Source of the DNA: Chloroflexota bacterium
GTDB taxonomy: Bacteria > Chloroflexota > Dehalococcoidia > GIF9 > AB-539-J10
Length of the DNA: 27,523 nt
NCBI GenBank assembly: GCA_030670425.1
Contig: DAOVBS010000001.1
Coordinates: 1-27,523 of the forward strand
Reading direction: 5' to 3'
Shown here: positions 8,886 to 17,550 of the stretch, one piece after another
Position numbering within the stretch: the stretch's first letter is position 1
Layout of the letters: each line of letters opens with the position of its first letter
Position numbers and translations under genes: made by a program
Notes under the pieces: generated by a model
Databases searched by the model: none
What the model was told of the DNA's origin: nothing
The model's input: the letters and a program-made list of their open reading frames with translations, nothing else

Positions 8886-9524
8886 TTGAGGCTTGTTTTG
8901 ATTCGGCATGGCGAGACATATTGGAATGAGGAGAGACGCATTCAGGGGGGTGGCAGCGATATTGAGCTAAACGAAGTGGGGATGAAGCAGACAGTTAGGC
9001 TGGCGTCGTTCTTGAAGGTCGAAAGCATAGATCGCGTAGTTTCCAGCCCTATGAAACGAGCTCTGGTCATGGCTCAGGCTATAGCCAAGGAGCACAAGTT
9101 GCCTGTAGAAGTCAAGGAAGGACTCAGGGAGATTGAAGTCGGTGAATTTGAGGGATTGCCTCTGTCCAGCTTGAGCGGCAGCTTTAGTCAGCTTCTGATG
9201 AAATGGTGGGAGGGCGGGATAAGAAAATTGCCCGGCGGCGAGAGCTTCGCCGAGTTGCAGAAGAGGTGTTGGGGTGCTGTGGAACCTTTGTTGGCTGGCC
9301 ACGATGAAAACGGAACGGTAGTTGTAGTTGGTCATTACTTCGTGACTCTAGCCATCATCTTCAGAGTTCTGGGGTTTCCTTTGGAGTATCTTCCCAGGTT
9401 TAGGATAGACTCCGGCGGGATTAGCATTATTGAGCTTGCGGACTATGGATCTCGCTTGGTCACTTTCAATGATACTTCCTACTTGTGGGAAGGGTGTGGG
9501 CGCAAGGCTGGACGTAGACGGTGA
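8886..9524 (+). CDS. Histidine phosphatase family protein (CobC/GpmB-like)
   Basis: LIRHGET phosphohistidine motif, SSPMKRA, LREIEVGEFEG, PGGES and VVGH. TTG start with a GAGGAGG RBS. Confidence 0.9.
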   Translation: MRLVLIRHGETYWNEERRIQGGGSDIELNEVGMKQTVRLASFLKVESIDRVVSSPMKRALVMAQAIAKEHKLPVEVKEGLREIEVGEFEGLPLSSLSGSFSQLLMKWWEGGIRKLPGGESFAELQKRCWGAVEPLLAGHDENGTVVVVGHYFVTLAIIFRVLGFPLEYLPRFRIDSGGISIIELADYGSRLVTFNDTSYLWEGCGRKAGRRR

Positions 9525-9666
9525 GCCTGGAGACAAGATCGGAAGGAGGCTAGCCCCTGGGGAACAGAAGAGTGCACATTGTGGTGACACAGACGAGCCA
9601 GGGACTGATGCAACAGAACCGGTCAAGAGTTTGGGAAGGGGTATTTGAGGAGAGGAGACAACATCT

Positions 9667-11166
9667 GTGGTGAAGCTTGAACTGGGCAGAAGAGTCAGAG
9701 ATTTCGTTCAACGGCATAAGCTGATCCTGCCTCAAGAAGAGATGGTTGTGGCCGTATCGGGCGGGGCTGACTCGGTCTCTTTGCTTCATATCCTGACTGC
9801 TTGGCAAGAAGAGACGGGCATGAAGCTTCACGTGGCTCATCTCGACCATCAACTCCGGGCCTCAGAATCTGCTCGAGATGCCGAATATGTAGCTGACCTA
9901 GCCGCATCTCTTGGCGTTCCAGTCACTGTTGGCAGGCGAGATGTGGCTGCCTATGGGAGGGCAAGGGGTTGTTCCACAGAGGAAGCTGCTCGAGAGCTGC
10001 GCTATGACTTTCTTGCTGAGGTGGCTGGCGATGTTGGAGCTCGGCGGGTGGTCATAGGGCATACCAGAGATGACCAGGTGGAGACTGTCCTGATGCACAT
10101 ACTGCGCGGTTCGGGGATATCAGGTCTCCGCGGCCTCGGGCCCTGTTCACCCATGCCCCTGTGTCGTTCGGGGCTGCAAGTGAAGGCTCTGGGTTTGTTG
10201 GTGATAAGGCCGCTTCTTGATGTTACCCGACAAGAGACGCTGAGCTATTGCCGGGAGCATCAACTTGCGCCTCGAGTTGATTCCTCCAACCTTTGCCGGT
10301 CTTTCCTGCGAAATCGTCTTCGACTTGAGCTTCTTCCTTTGCTTAGAACATACAACCCAAATGTGGACCAAGCCTTGCTCCGCCTGTCGCGGATCGCCAG
10401 TGATGACAGCTCCTTCATTGAGCAGGAAGCTCTGAAGTTATGTGCTGAGCTGTGCAGGTCGGAATGTGGCTCGCTCCATCTAGATAAGGAGAAGATGGCC
10501 TTCCTGCCCGCGGCTCTGCAATCCAGGCTGATAGGATTGGCTGTGGTGGAGGTGCTGGGGGACGCGCGTGACATCGAGGGCAATCACATTGAGGCTATAC
10601 GTAGTCTGTTGACCAAACCCGTTGGCAAAGAAGTCTCCTTGCCGCGTGGCATGGTGTGTCAAAGCCGATATGGTGAGGTGGTCATTGCGGGTGGAGAGAG
10701 GCGATCTCACGTTCCGTGCCGTACAGAAGTGGGGGTTGAGTGGGGCTCCGTTCCTCTATTGAGGGAGGAATCTGCCCTTGAAGTGCCCGGTGAGACGCTC
10801 TTGCCAGGGTGGCGTGTGCTGGCCAATACCATTTCGAGGCACACTGGCACCACGCCGTTTCGCCACGAAGAGAATCGAGATAATCTCGTAGCCGAGTTTG
10901 ACCTTCATGAGTTGGAGGGTGGCATATTCGTTCGCCGGCGCCAGCCCGGGGATAGATTCCAACCTTTGGGCATGCGTGCGCACAAGAAATTGCAGGACTT
11001 CATGGTTGATGCCAAGATCCCTTCTCTCTGGCGGGACCGAATACCCGTGGTTTGCTCCTCTGGAGGAATCATCTGGCTGGTAGGCTGGCGCATTGACGAT
11101 AGTGTGAAGGTTACCCAAGCTACCAGGGAGCTTCTCCGTTTGGAGTTCACTAGACTACCCTCTTGA
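9667..11166 (+). CDS. tilS: tRNA(Ile)-lysidine synthase
   Basis: PP-loop VAVSGGADS, HLDHQLR, ARELRY, GHTRDDQVET, IRPLL, RNRLR and a C-terminal RQPGDRF...KKLQDFMVDAKIP domain. Confidence 0.95.
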   Translation: MVKLELGRRVRDFVQRHKLILPQEEMVVAVSGGADSVSLLHILTAWQEETGMKLHVAHLDHQLRASESARDAEYVADLAASLGVPVTVGRRDVAAYGRARGCSTEEAARELRYDFLAEVAGDVGARRVVIGHTRDDQVETVLMHILRGSGISGLRGLGPCSPMPLCRSGLQVKALGLLVIRPLLDVTRQETLSYCREHQLAPRVDSSNLCRSFLRNRLRLELLPLLRTYNPNVDQALLRLSRIASDDSSFIEQEALKLCAELCRSECGSLHLDKEKMAFLPAALQSRLIGLAVVEVLGDARDIEGNHIEAIRSLLTKPVGKEVSLPRGMVCQSRYGEVVIAGGERRSHVPCRTEVGVEWGSVPLLREESALEVPGETLLPGWRVLANTISRHTGTTPFRHEENRDNLVAEFDLHELEGGIFVRRRQPGDRFQPLGMRAHKKLQDFMVDAKIPSLWRDRIPVVCSSGGIIWLVGWRIDDSVKVTQATRELLRLEFTRLPS

Positions 11167-11246
11167 GCCCTGGCACACGTTTCCCTGGCCCGAAGCCACT
11201 GTTTGTTGAGTGTCTAGACTTCGCCTTTTCCGCTATACTAGGCGGC

Positions 11247-11888
11247 ATGCATAATATGCTGCTCGTGGATAAGCCCCAGGGGCCTACTTCATCTCGGGTG
11301 GTGGAACTGATAAGGAGGAAGCTCAAGGTGAGGACCGGGCACACAGGAACTCTGGACCCGCTGGCCACGGGGCTGTTGGTTGTTCTCACCGGCAAAGGCA
11401 CCAAAGAGGCATCCTCATTTCTCCACCTGGACAAGAGCTACGAAGTCAAAGCGACGCTGGGAGTGGAGACTGACACTTACGATCGTCAGGGCAGGGTCTT
11501 GCAGCGGAACGACAACGAGGTGACTAGGCACGAACTGGAAGAGGTGCTCAAGGAGTTCCACGGTGATATCTGGCAGGTTCCCCCTCCATTTTCTGCAAAA
11601 AAAATAGAGGGTCGAAAGGCCTATGAATTGGCCAGAAGAGGTGTGAGTGTAAAGATACCACCGCAGAAGGTGAGCATCCATTCCTTGGAGCTTAGAGAAT
11701 TTCAGTTCCCTTCGTTTACCCTTGCCTGTGACGTTTCGTCAGGGTTCTATGTCAGGAGCTTGGTTCACGACATAGGAGAGAAGTTGAGGACTGGCGCTAT
11801 GGTGGCGGAAGTCCGCCGCACAAGAGTGGGGCCTTATCGGGTAGAGGAAGCCAGGACGCTGGAGGAGATATTGAGTGAGCCTGGCTAG
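11247..11888 (+). CDS. truB: tRNA pseudouridine(55) synthase, short form lacking the C-terminal PUA domain
   Basis: 213 aa from ATG 11247 (the track start at 11163 overlaps tilS and adds non-homologous sequence). Motifs LVDKPQG, GHTGTLDPLATG (catalytic Asp), KSY, QVPPPFSAKKIEG and YVRSL are present. Confidence 0.9.
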   Translation: MHNMLLVDKPQGPTSSRVVELIRRKLKVRTGHTGTLDPLATGLLVVLTGKGTKEASSFLHLDKSYEVKATLGVETDTYDRQGRVLQRNDNEVTRHELEEVLKEFHGDIWQVPPPFSAKKIEGRKAYELARRGVSVKIPPQKVSIHSLELREFQFPSFTLACDVSSGFYVRSLVHDIGEKLRTGAMVAEVRRTRVGPYRVEEARTLEEILSEPG

Positions 11889-11972
11889 TCAGCTCTGATG
11901 ATGAACCTCTCTTGCTGATGTTCCTACCGGTGCCGACGGGCAATGGAGGTTTCGGAGGAGGGAATGGGGTCT

Positions 11973-12010
11973 GGTGAGCTCGTATCAGGGTCTCAGCTCA
12001 CCTGTGTTTT
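11973..12010 (+). terminator. Possible intrinsic terminator after truB
   Basis: GGTGAGCT (11973-11980) and AGCTCACC (11995-12002) form an 8-bp stem with a 14-nt loop, followed by TGTGTTTT. Confidence 0.4.
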
Positions 12011-12053
12011 CCAGCGACAATGCCTTTTGACTGCATGCATGGTTGGGCCTGCA

Positions 12054-12082
12054 ATGACAAGGAGGTCTCGTTCAGCTATAAT
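12054..12082 (+). promoter_or_regulatory. Sigma70-type promoter of pduO-hisA-hisI
   Basis: ATGACA (12054-12059), a 17-nt spacer, then TATAAT (12077-12082). Confidence 0.65.
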
Positions 12083-12125
12083 CTGACGCGTGTGTTGTGG
12101 CTGTTCTGTTTGGTCCGGATAAGCT

Positions 12126-12671
12126 GTGAAGACGTTCAGTCGGAAAGGGGATAGGGGAGAGACCAGCCTTCTCGGTGGTGTAAGAGTGTCTAAGGCTGAT
12201 GCTAGATGTGAGGCTTATGGCACCATTGACGAAGCAGTTTCATGTTTGGGGTTGGCCAAGGGCTTCTGTCAGGCTGAGGTAGTAGGTATCCTGTCCACTC
12301 TGCAGCAGGATCTGTTTATGGTGGCGGGGGAGCTAGCAACTCCAGCAGAGCCCGTCTCTCAGTCAGCCAACAGAGCAAGCGTAGTGAAGCCAGAGATGGT
12401 GCGGAGGTTGGAGGATTTGATAGAAGATATCGAAGCCAAGGTTGCCATGCCTCGTGGGTTTGTTATCCCCGGTGCGTGTAGGAGCTCGGCAGCTCTGGAT
12501 GTGGCACGCACTGTTATTAGACGCGCTGAAAGGAGAGTGGTGAGCTTGAGAGAAACGGGACAACCGTTGAACCAGGAGCTATTGAGCTACCTCAACCGCC
12601 TATCTGGTTTGGTTTTTTCGTTGGCTCGTTACCAGGACAAGGTTGGCGATGGAGATAATCCCGGCTATTGA
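12126..12671 (+). CDS. pduO: Cob(I)alamin adenosyltransferase, PduO type
   Basis: SRKGDRGETSL, EAYGTIDEA, LQQDLF, GFVIPG, ARTVIRRAER and YLNRLS motifs of PduO/MMAB. Confidence 0.88.
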   Translation: MKTFSRKGDRGETSLLGGVRVSKADARCEAYGTIDEAVSCLGLAKGFCQAEVVGILSTLQQDLFMVAGELATPAEPVSQSANRASVVKPEMVRRLEDLIEDIEAKVAMPRGFVIPGACRSSAALDVARTVIRRAERRVVSLRETGQPLNQELLSYLNRLSGLVFSLARYQDKVGDGDNPGY

Positions 12672-13365
12672 TATCAGGGGCGGCAAATGTGTCAGGCTAT
12701 ATCAAGGGGACTACGGCCAGCAGACCACTTTCGCTGATAACCCCGTGGAAGTGGCTTTGCAATGGAAGTCCCAGGGCGCCAGGTGGCTGCACGTGGTCGA
12801 CCTCGACGGAGCGGCTGTGGGCGAGCCCAGGAACGCGGCGGTGGTGGAGAGGATAATAGATAGAAGCCTCTTGCTGGTGGAACTGGGTGGCGGCATCAGG
12901 AAGAAAGAGGTAGCGGAGGAGCTACTGCACAGGGGGGTGAGTCGTATAGTCCTGGGTACGGCGGCTATAGAGAAACCAGAACTGGTGGAGAAGCTTAACC
13001 GCCGGTTTGGCCAGGCTGTTGTGGTTGGCCTTGATGCTCGAGATGGCAAGATCGCTATCCACGGCTGGCGAAAGGACACGGTTGTCGATGTTCTCGTCTT
13101 AGCCAGTGAGATGATGAGGATCGGGGTGAAGCGATTCATATACACGGACGTAAGACGGGATGGCACACTAACGGAGCCCAACTTCGATGCCATAGGAAAG
13201 TTGAGAGACAGGCTGGATGTGCCTGTCATTGCCTCAGGCGGCATTGCCAGGCTGGAGCATTTGCAAAGGCTTGGCGAACTCGGAGTGGAGGGAGCTATCA
13301 TAGGCAAGGCTCTCTATACAGGGGATATCAATTTGCGGGAAGCGATAGCCCGCTTCGGAGGTTAG
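12649..13365 (+). CDS. hisA: ProFAR isomerase (histidine biosynthesis)
   Basis: MEIIPAIDIRGGKCVRLYQG, LHVVDLDGA, GGGIR, YTDVRRDGTL and ASGG. The start is 12649 (ATG) or 12643 (TTG), and it overlaps the pduO 3' end. Confidence 0.95.
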   Translation: MEIIPAIDIRGGKCVRLYQGDYGQQTTFADNPVEVALQWKSQGARWLHVVDLDGAAVGEPRNAAVVERIIDRSLLLVELGGGIRKKEVAEELLHRGVSRIVLGTAAIEKPELVEKLNRRFGQAVVVGLDARDGKIAIHGWRKDTVVDVLVLASEMMRIGVKRFIYTDVRRDGTLTEPNFDAIGKLRDRLDVPVIASGGIARLEHLQRLGELGVEGAIIGKALYTGDINLREAIARFGG

Positions 13366-13704
13366 ATGCTGAAGCTCGATGACAAGGGTCTGGTTCCAGC
13401 TATTATTCAGGATGCCCGGAATGGTGAAGTGCTCATGCTGGGCTACATGAATAGAGAGTCCCTCAGGCTGACGCTATCCAGCGGGGATGTCTGGTTCTAT
13501 AGCCGCAGTCGACAGGAGTTGTGGCATAAGGGGGCCACCTCGGGCAATTTCCTCAGGGCGAGGTCCATTCTCCAGGATTGTGACGGTGATACCCTGCTGA
13601 TTCAAGCCGAGCCCGTCGGGCCGGTGTGCCATCTGGGCTATCGGACTTGCTTCCTCAAGGACGAGGAGGAGCAGAGGTTCTTGGAGGAGCAGGACTTGGA
13701 CTAG
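13366..13704 (+). CDS. hisI: Phosphoribosyl-AMP cyclohydrolase
   Basis: [33 protein letters not shown] and CHLGYRTCF. There is no fused HisE domain. Confidence 0.94.
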   Translation: MLKLDDKGLVPAIIQDARNGEVLMLGYMNRESLRLTLSSGDVWFYSRSRQELWHKGATSGNFLRARSILQDCDGDTLLIQAEPVGPVCHLGYRTCFLKDEEEQRFLEEQDLD

Positions 13705-14616
13705 CTATCCTTGTTCCTCTTTCTCCTCAGACCTGTCAGCCTCGACAACCTCTTTTAGCGCTGATATGGCGGTCTCTAGCTGATCGCCGTCCGGCTCTCG
13801 CGTAGTCATGGATTGCAGCATCAACCCTGGGGCCAGGAGTACCTGAGATAAGATGCTATTGCTATGACTCGCTCCGAACTTGGTGACTTCGTACCCAATG
13901 GCGGCAATAACCGGTAGGAGGACTATGCGGGATGCAACACTTATCCATATTGCCGGGCGACCAAGCAGGGCGAAGACAAGGATGGAGATGATTAGCACGG
14001 CAAAGATGAAGCTGGTGCCACAGCGCGCATGAGCGGTGGGGTAGTCCTTGACCGCTTCCACCTCCAGGGGGCATCCATTCTCGTAGGCGTTGACCACTTT
14101 GTGCTCCGCTCCGTGATAGGCGAAGACCCTTCTTATGTCAGGGAAGAGTCCTATGACCTTAAGGTAAGCGATGAAAATGCCAATGCGGACGAAGCCCTCG
14201 AGCAAGTTACTCACAAAGTCAGAGGCAATATAGGTGTCGAGCAGGCGTGCAATGAGAAGAGGAGCGACGAAAAACAGCGCTGCTGCGAAGGCAATACTGG
14301 CGGCTGCAACCCCCCACAAGGCTAACGTTGGTATCTGTTCCTCTTCTTCGGCTGAGGCGATCTGGGCAGAGTAGAGCAAAGACTGGATTCCCAGAACTAG
14401 AGTCTCGATGAGGACGATGACGCCTCTGATGAGAGGGCTTTCTCTGAGGCGACCTCTATATATCTTGGCTAGGGGTTCTCTTCTTATCTCCAGTCGTCCG
14501 TCTGGACGCCGCACAGATACGGCCATGTTGCCTCGCCCCCGCATCATCACGCCCTCGATGACTGCTTGCCCACCGTAGGAAAAGCCCTTTGCCGTTCCCC
14601 TCTTCATTTCTTCCAT
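13705..14616 (-). CDS. DUF1385 (YqhQ-like) membrane protein
   Basis: YGGQAVIEGVMMR, VFAYHGAEHK, HARCGTSF and TTREPD. It sits in its usual position after rpmE. Confidence 0.9.
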   Translation of the reverse strand: MEEMKRGTAKGFSYGGQAVIEGVMMRGRGNMAVSVRRPDGRLEIRREPLAKIYRGRLRESPLIRGVIVLIETLVLGIQSLLYSAQIASAEEEEQIPTLALWGVAAASIAFAAALFFVAPLLIARLLDTYIASDFVSNLLEGFVRIGIFIAYLKVIGLFPDIRRVFAYHGAEHKVVNAYENGCPLEVEAVKDYPTAHARCGTSFIFAVLIISILVFALLGRPAIWISVASRIVLLPVIAAIGYEVTKFGASHSNSILSQVLLAPGLMLQSMTTREPDGDQLETAISALKEVVEADRSEEKEEQG

Positions 14617-14656
14617 GCAATGGCATTGAGGTTGCTAGCTGTTCGAGAAATCGATG

Positions 14657-14681
14657 AGGGATGGTCTATTCCACCATCCCT
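14657..14681. terminator. Perfect hairpin between rpmE and DUF1385 (terminator, attenuator or processing signal)
   Basis: AGGGATGGT (14657-14665) and ACCATCCCT (14673-14681) form a 9-bp stem with a 7-nt loop. No immediate U-tract follows on the minus strand. Confidence 0.45.
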
Positions 14682-14706
14682 TGGCTCCGCAATCGTGCCC
14701 GACTGG

Positions 14707-14913
14707 TCAATCCTTGATGTTGTATCGCTTCTTGAAGCGTTCCACTCTTCCCATGGTGTCAACTATTCTCTGCTTGCCTGTATAGAAAGGGTGGCATCTG
14801 CTGCAAACCTCGACCCTGAGCTCTGGCCTAGTTGCTCCAGTGGTGAAAGTGTTGCCGCAAAGGCAGGTCACCTTGGCATCATCATAGTACTTCGGATGAA
14901 TCTTAGGTTTCAC
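14707..14913 (-). CDS. rpmE: 50S ribosomal protein L31 (Zn-binding type A)
   Basis: [13 protein letters not shown] and [12 protein letters not shown]...GRVERF. Confidence 0.96.
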   Translation of the reverse strand: MKPKIHPKYYDDAKVTCLCGNTFTTGATRPELRVEVCSRCHPFYTGKQRIVDTMGRVERFKKRYNIKD

Positions 14914-15160
14914 TGTAAACGCTCACTCTTTTCTTATACCGGGTTGCTGGCTCATATGTGACATGGCCATCTATCAGGGCGAAAAGGGTGTGGTCCCTAC
15001 CCAGACCTACGTTATTGCCTGGTGCAATGCGGGTTCCGCGCTGCCTGACTAGAATATTCCCAGCGCGCACCTGCTGCCCACCGTATTTCTTGACTCCCAG
15101 ACGCTTAGACTGACTGTCGCGTCCACATCTTGTACTGCCGCCACCTTTTTTGTGTGCCAT
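14903..15160 (-). CDS. rpmA: 50S ribosomal protein L27
   Basis: [30 protein letters not shown] and GRDHTLFAL. Confidence 0.97.
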   Translation of the reverse strand: MAHKKGGGSTRCGRDSQSKRLGVKKYGGQQVRAGNILVRQRGTRIAPGNNVGLGRDHTLFALIDGHVTYEPATRYKKRVSVYSET

Positions 15161-15162
15161 GA

Positions 15163-15483
15163 TTACGCCCCTGGCCTAACGACTTCCTCTATGGATAGTC
15201 TGGTGTAGATTGGGCGGTGTCCAGTTTTCTTGCGATACCGAGTCTTGTTCTTGTATTTGAATACAATGAGTTTGTCGCCCTTGACCTCTCCCATGGAACT
15301 TGCTATCACCTTGGCTCCCTCGATGGTTGGACTACCTACGAGGATGTTCTGGCCATCGCTAATGAACAATACCCTATCCAGCTCAACCGTCTTACCTGCC
15401 GGTATGTCCAGACGGTTAACCTGTATCGTCTGTTTTGGAGCGACCCTGTACTGCTTGCCACCTGCCTCAACGATAGCGTAGAT
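15163..15483 (-). CDS. rplU: 50S ribosomal protein L21 (probable ATC start at 15483; alternative TTG at 15501)
   Basis: [23 protein letters not shown] and KKTGHRP. A GGAGGTGA SD lies 7 nt (from GGAGG) before the ATC that occupies the usual Met position. Confidence 0.93.
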   Translation of the reverse strand: MYAIVEAGGKQYRVAPKQTIQVNRLDIPAGKTVELDRVLFISDGQNILVGSPTIEGAKVIASSMGEVKGDKLIVFKYKNKTRYRKKTGHRPIYTRLSIEEVVRPGA

Positions 15484-15510
15484 ATTATCACCTCCGAGCA
15501 AGGACTATAG

Positions 15511-15540
15511 ATTCTAGCAAGCCGAATTGCAGGGTGTCAA
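15511..15540 (-). promoter_or_regulatory. Strong promoter of rplU-rpmA-rpmE
   Basis: TTGACA (15540-15535), an 18-nt spacer, then TGc-TAGAAT (15516-15511). Confidence 0.7.
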
Positions 15541-16298
15541 ACCGGGTGTCTAGCCTTCAGCCAGTTCAGCACGGCAGCCATCGCCTGTTCCTCCAAGCGT
15601 AGCTTGTGCTTTGCCCCTGGAATTATGAGTAGCTCCTTGGGTTCTCTGGCCTTTTGGTACAGCCTATGAGCATGCTCCAGGGTCACAACCTCATCGGCAT
15701 CGCCATGAACCAAGAGCAGCGGACGAGGGGAGATCTTGTCCACCGAGTGAATTGGGGAGACTGCCTGGAAGCCGCTCAGCCACATCTCAATCGATGGTGG
15801 GAAGTCACTGTCTCGTATGACCCCGATGTTGCGGAAGTGCTGGATGCAGCCTGCGCCTGTCTCTTCGTTAGCCAGCGAGCCGAAATCAGCAGGACAGGCG
15901 CAAGCTGCCACTGCGGAGATTCTTGAGTCTAAGGCTGCGCGATGGATGGCCACTGCAGCTCCGCCGCTGAAGCCAAGAAGAGAAAGGCGGTTCGTATCTG
16001 CTTGTTCGAGCGCGGAGAGAAACTCGATGGCAGCTTGTAGATCATGACTCCAGCCAAGGAGGTCCAGGTTGCCTTGGCTTTTTCCCGCCCCGCGGAAGTT
16101 GAAGATCAGAGTAAGGAAGCCAGCGTCGCAGAATCCTCGTGCTAGAGCGGCATAGCCTCTGTCCTTGGGATCATGTGGAACAGCAGGAATGCCGTGGCAG
16201 ATGCACAGTGCTGGAACTGCCTTGTTCCCGTGGGGGATATAGAGTTCACCTGCCAGTTCGAGCCCATCACTTCTCAGGCCAACGGTTTGCACTTCCAT
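15537..16298 (-). CDS. Alpha/beta-fold hydrolase
   Basis: CHG, FNFRGAGKSQG, nucleophile elbow GFSGG, LLVHGDADEVV and GAKH, giving a Ser-Asp-His triad. Confidence 0.88.
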   Translation of the reverse strand: MEVQTVGLRSDGLELAGELYIPHGNKAVPALCICHGIPAVPHDPKDRGYAALARGFCDAGFLTLIFNFRGAGKSQGNLDLLGWSHDLQAAIEFLSALEQADTNRLSLLGFSGGAAVAIHRAALDSRISAVAACACPADFGSLANEETGAGCIQHFRNIGVIRDSDFPPSIEMWLSGFQAVSPIHSVDKISPRPLLLVHGDADEVVTLEHAHRLYQKAREPKELLIIPGAKHKLRLEEQAMAAVLNWLKARHPV

Positions 16299-16303
16299 CT
16301 AAG

Positions 16304-16876
16304 TCAGAAGCGACGGTAGGCTCCGCGCTTTCGTTTGAAGAGGTAGCCGGCTATCAGCCCCAAGAGCAAACCACCCACGTGAGCCTGCCAGGCTATTCCG
16401 GGAATGAAAGAGAGCACGAGGAAACCTATGATTGCCACCCAAAGAGGGATCGGAAACGGGAAGGGGAATACAAACACCGGTAGTCTCGGAGCCATCATCG
16501 CCAATGTTCCACCAACAGCATAGATGGCTCCTGAAGCGCCCACCCCTGTTGAAGCGGGATGCGCCAGGACCATGAATAGAGCATTTCCAGCCAGGCCTCC
16601 GAGGAAATATACCCAGAGAAAACTCCTCTCGCCAACGACCCTGATGAGGAAGCTTCCCAGGAAGAATAGGCTGATCATGTTGAACAGGATGTGGTTGAAG
16701 CTTCCATGCACAAAGATGCTGGTCATTATGGTCCAGGGCTGGCGCAGGAACAGTGCAGGTGTCATCCCGAGAAATAGGACTATGTCTGGCCTCACCATGG
16801 TTACTATGAAGACCAGTACGTTTAGAGCTATCAGGAACCAGATAGCATGCAAGCTGGGGGTAGTGTAGCTTCTCAT
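16304..16876 (-). CDS. Rhomboid family intramembrane serine protease
   Basis: PWTIMTSIFVH, HILFNM, GASGA (catalytic Ser) and AHVGG (catalytic His), with multiple transmembrane segments. Confidence 0.93.
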   Translation of the reverse strand: MRSYTTPSLHAIWFLIALNVLVFIVTMVRPDIVLFLGMTPALFLRQPWTIMTSIFVHGSFNHILFNMISLFFLGSFLIRVVGERSFLWVYFLGGLAGNALFMVLAHPASTGVGASGAIYAVGGTLAMMAPRLPVFVFPFPFPIPLWVAIIGFLVLSFIPGIAWQAHVGGLLLGLIAGYLFKRKRGAYRRF

Positions 16877-16883
16877 CGGGTAG

Positions 16884-16913
16884 ATTATAGACTAGCGCTG
16901 TGCAGAGCTTCAA
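16884..16913 (-). promoter_or_regulatory. Promoter of the rhomboid/hydrolase genes (probably leaderless)
   Basis: TTGAAG (16913-16908), an 18-nt spacer, TATAAT (16889-16884), then 7 nt to the ATG. Confidence 0.65.
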
Positions 16914-16951
16914 GGCGCCGCGAGGATGGCTAGTGGCTGTCTTCGCCCATC

Positions 16952-17395
16952 CTATGCCCACCAATAGGCCAGAAGGATACCCAAGCCTGCCCCTGCTACA
17001 ACCTGAAATCGTGTGTGTCCTACCAGTCGTCGGAGGAAGCGTTCAAATTCGAGATGTGTCTTGGGGAACTCTACTAGCAGGTGATTTAAGATGGCGGACT
17101 GTTTGTCAACTGCCTGGCGTACGCCAGTGGCATCGTACATTACCACCGCGGCCAGGACGACGCTGATGCCAAAAGCAGCTGAGTCTACTCCGTGAAGTAT
17201 GCCTGAGGCAGTTGCCAGAGCACAAACTAGGGAAGCATGAGCGCTGGGCATTCCTCCTGCGGCGACCAAGTAGCGCGGATTCAGGTGTTTGTCTCTGAGT
17301 GCTTGAACGATTGTCTTCAGCGCCTGGGCCACGAGCCAGGCACCGATGGGGATGAGCAATGTCTTGTTAGCTGCGATTTGGCTCAGGACGTTCAT
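16952..17395 (-). CDS. Divergent PAP2 family protein (DUF212)
   Basis: AQALK, GGMPSAHAS, VVMYDATGVR and GHTRFQV. Confidence 0.9.
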   Translation of the reverse strand: MNVLSQIAANKTLLIPIGAWLVAQALKTIVQALRDKHLNPRYLVAAGGMPSAHASLVCALATASGILHGVDSAAFGISVVLAAVVMYDATGVRQAVDKQSAILNHLLVEFPKTHLEFERFLRRLVGHTRFQVVAGAGLGILLAYWWA

Positions 17396-17440
17396 GCTTT
17401 CTCTGTTGTTGGCTGGCGGTCCTTTGGTTCAGAATGCCTA

Positions 17441-17469
17441 ATCTTAGCTGTCTCGCGGGTTTCTTTCAA
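17441..17469 (-). promoter_or_regulatory. Promoter of the divergent PAP2 gene
   Basis: TTGAAA (17469-17464), a 17-nt spacer, then TAAGAT (17446-17441). Confidence 0.6.
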
Positions 17470-17550
17470 TCTGCCCCTTGGATTCCTGGACTGCAGGGTG
17501 GCATATGTCGGCCGTTTCCAGCTTCTTAGCTTTGCTTGTGCCGGTGCATA

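Noticed and set aside
9525-9666. Possible small ORF between the phosphatase and tilS (AGGAGG near 9545)
   Set aside because: No well-spaced canonical start follows the SD-like sequence, and the candidate peptides are featureless.
13702-13707. hisI and DUF1385 stop codons abut convergently with no terminator
   Set aside because: This is common in compact genomes and there is no evidence of a functional antisense arrangement.
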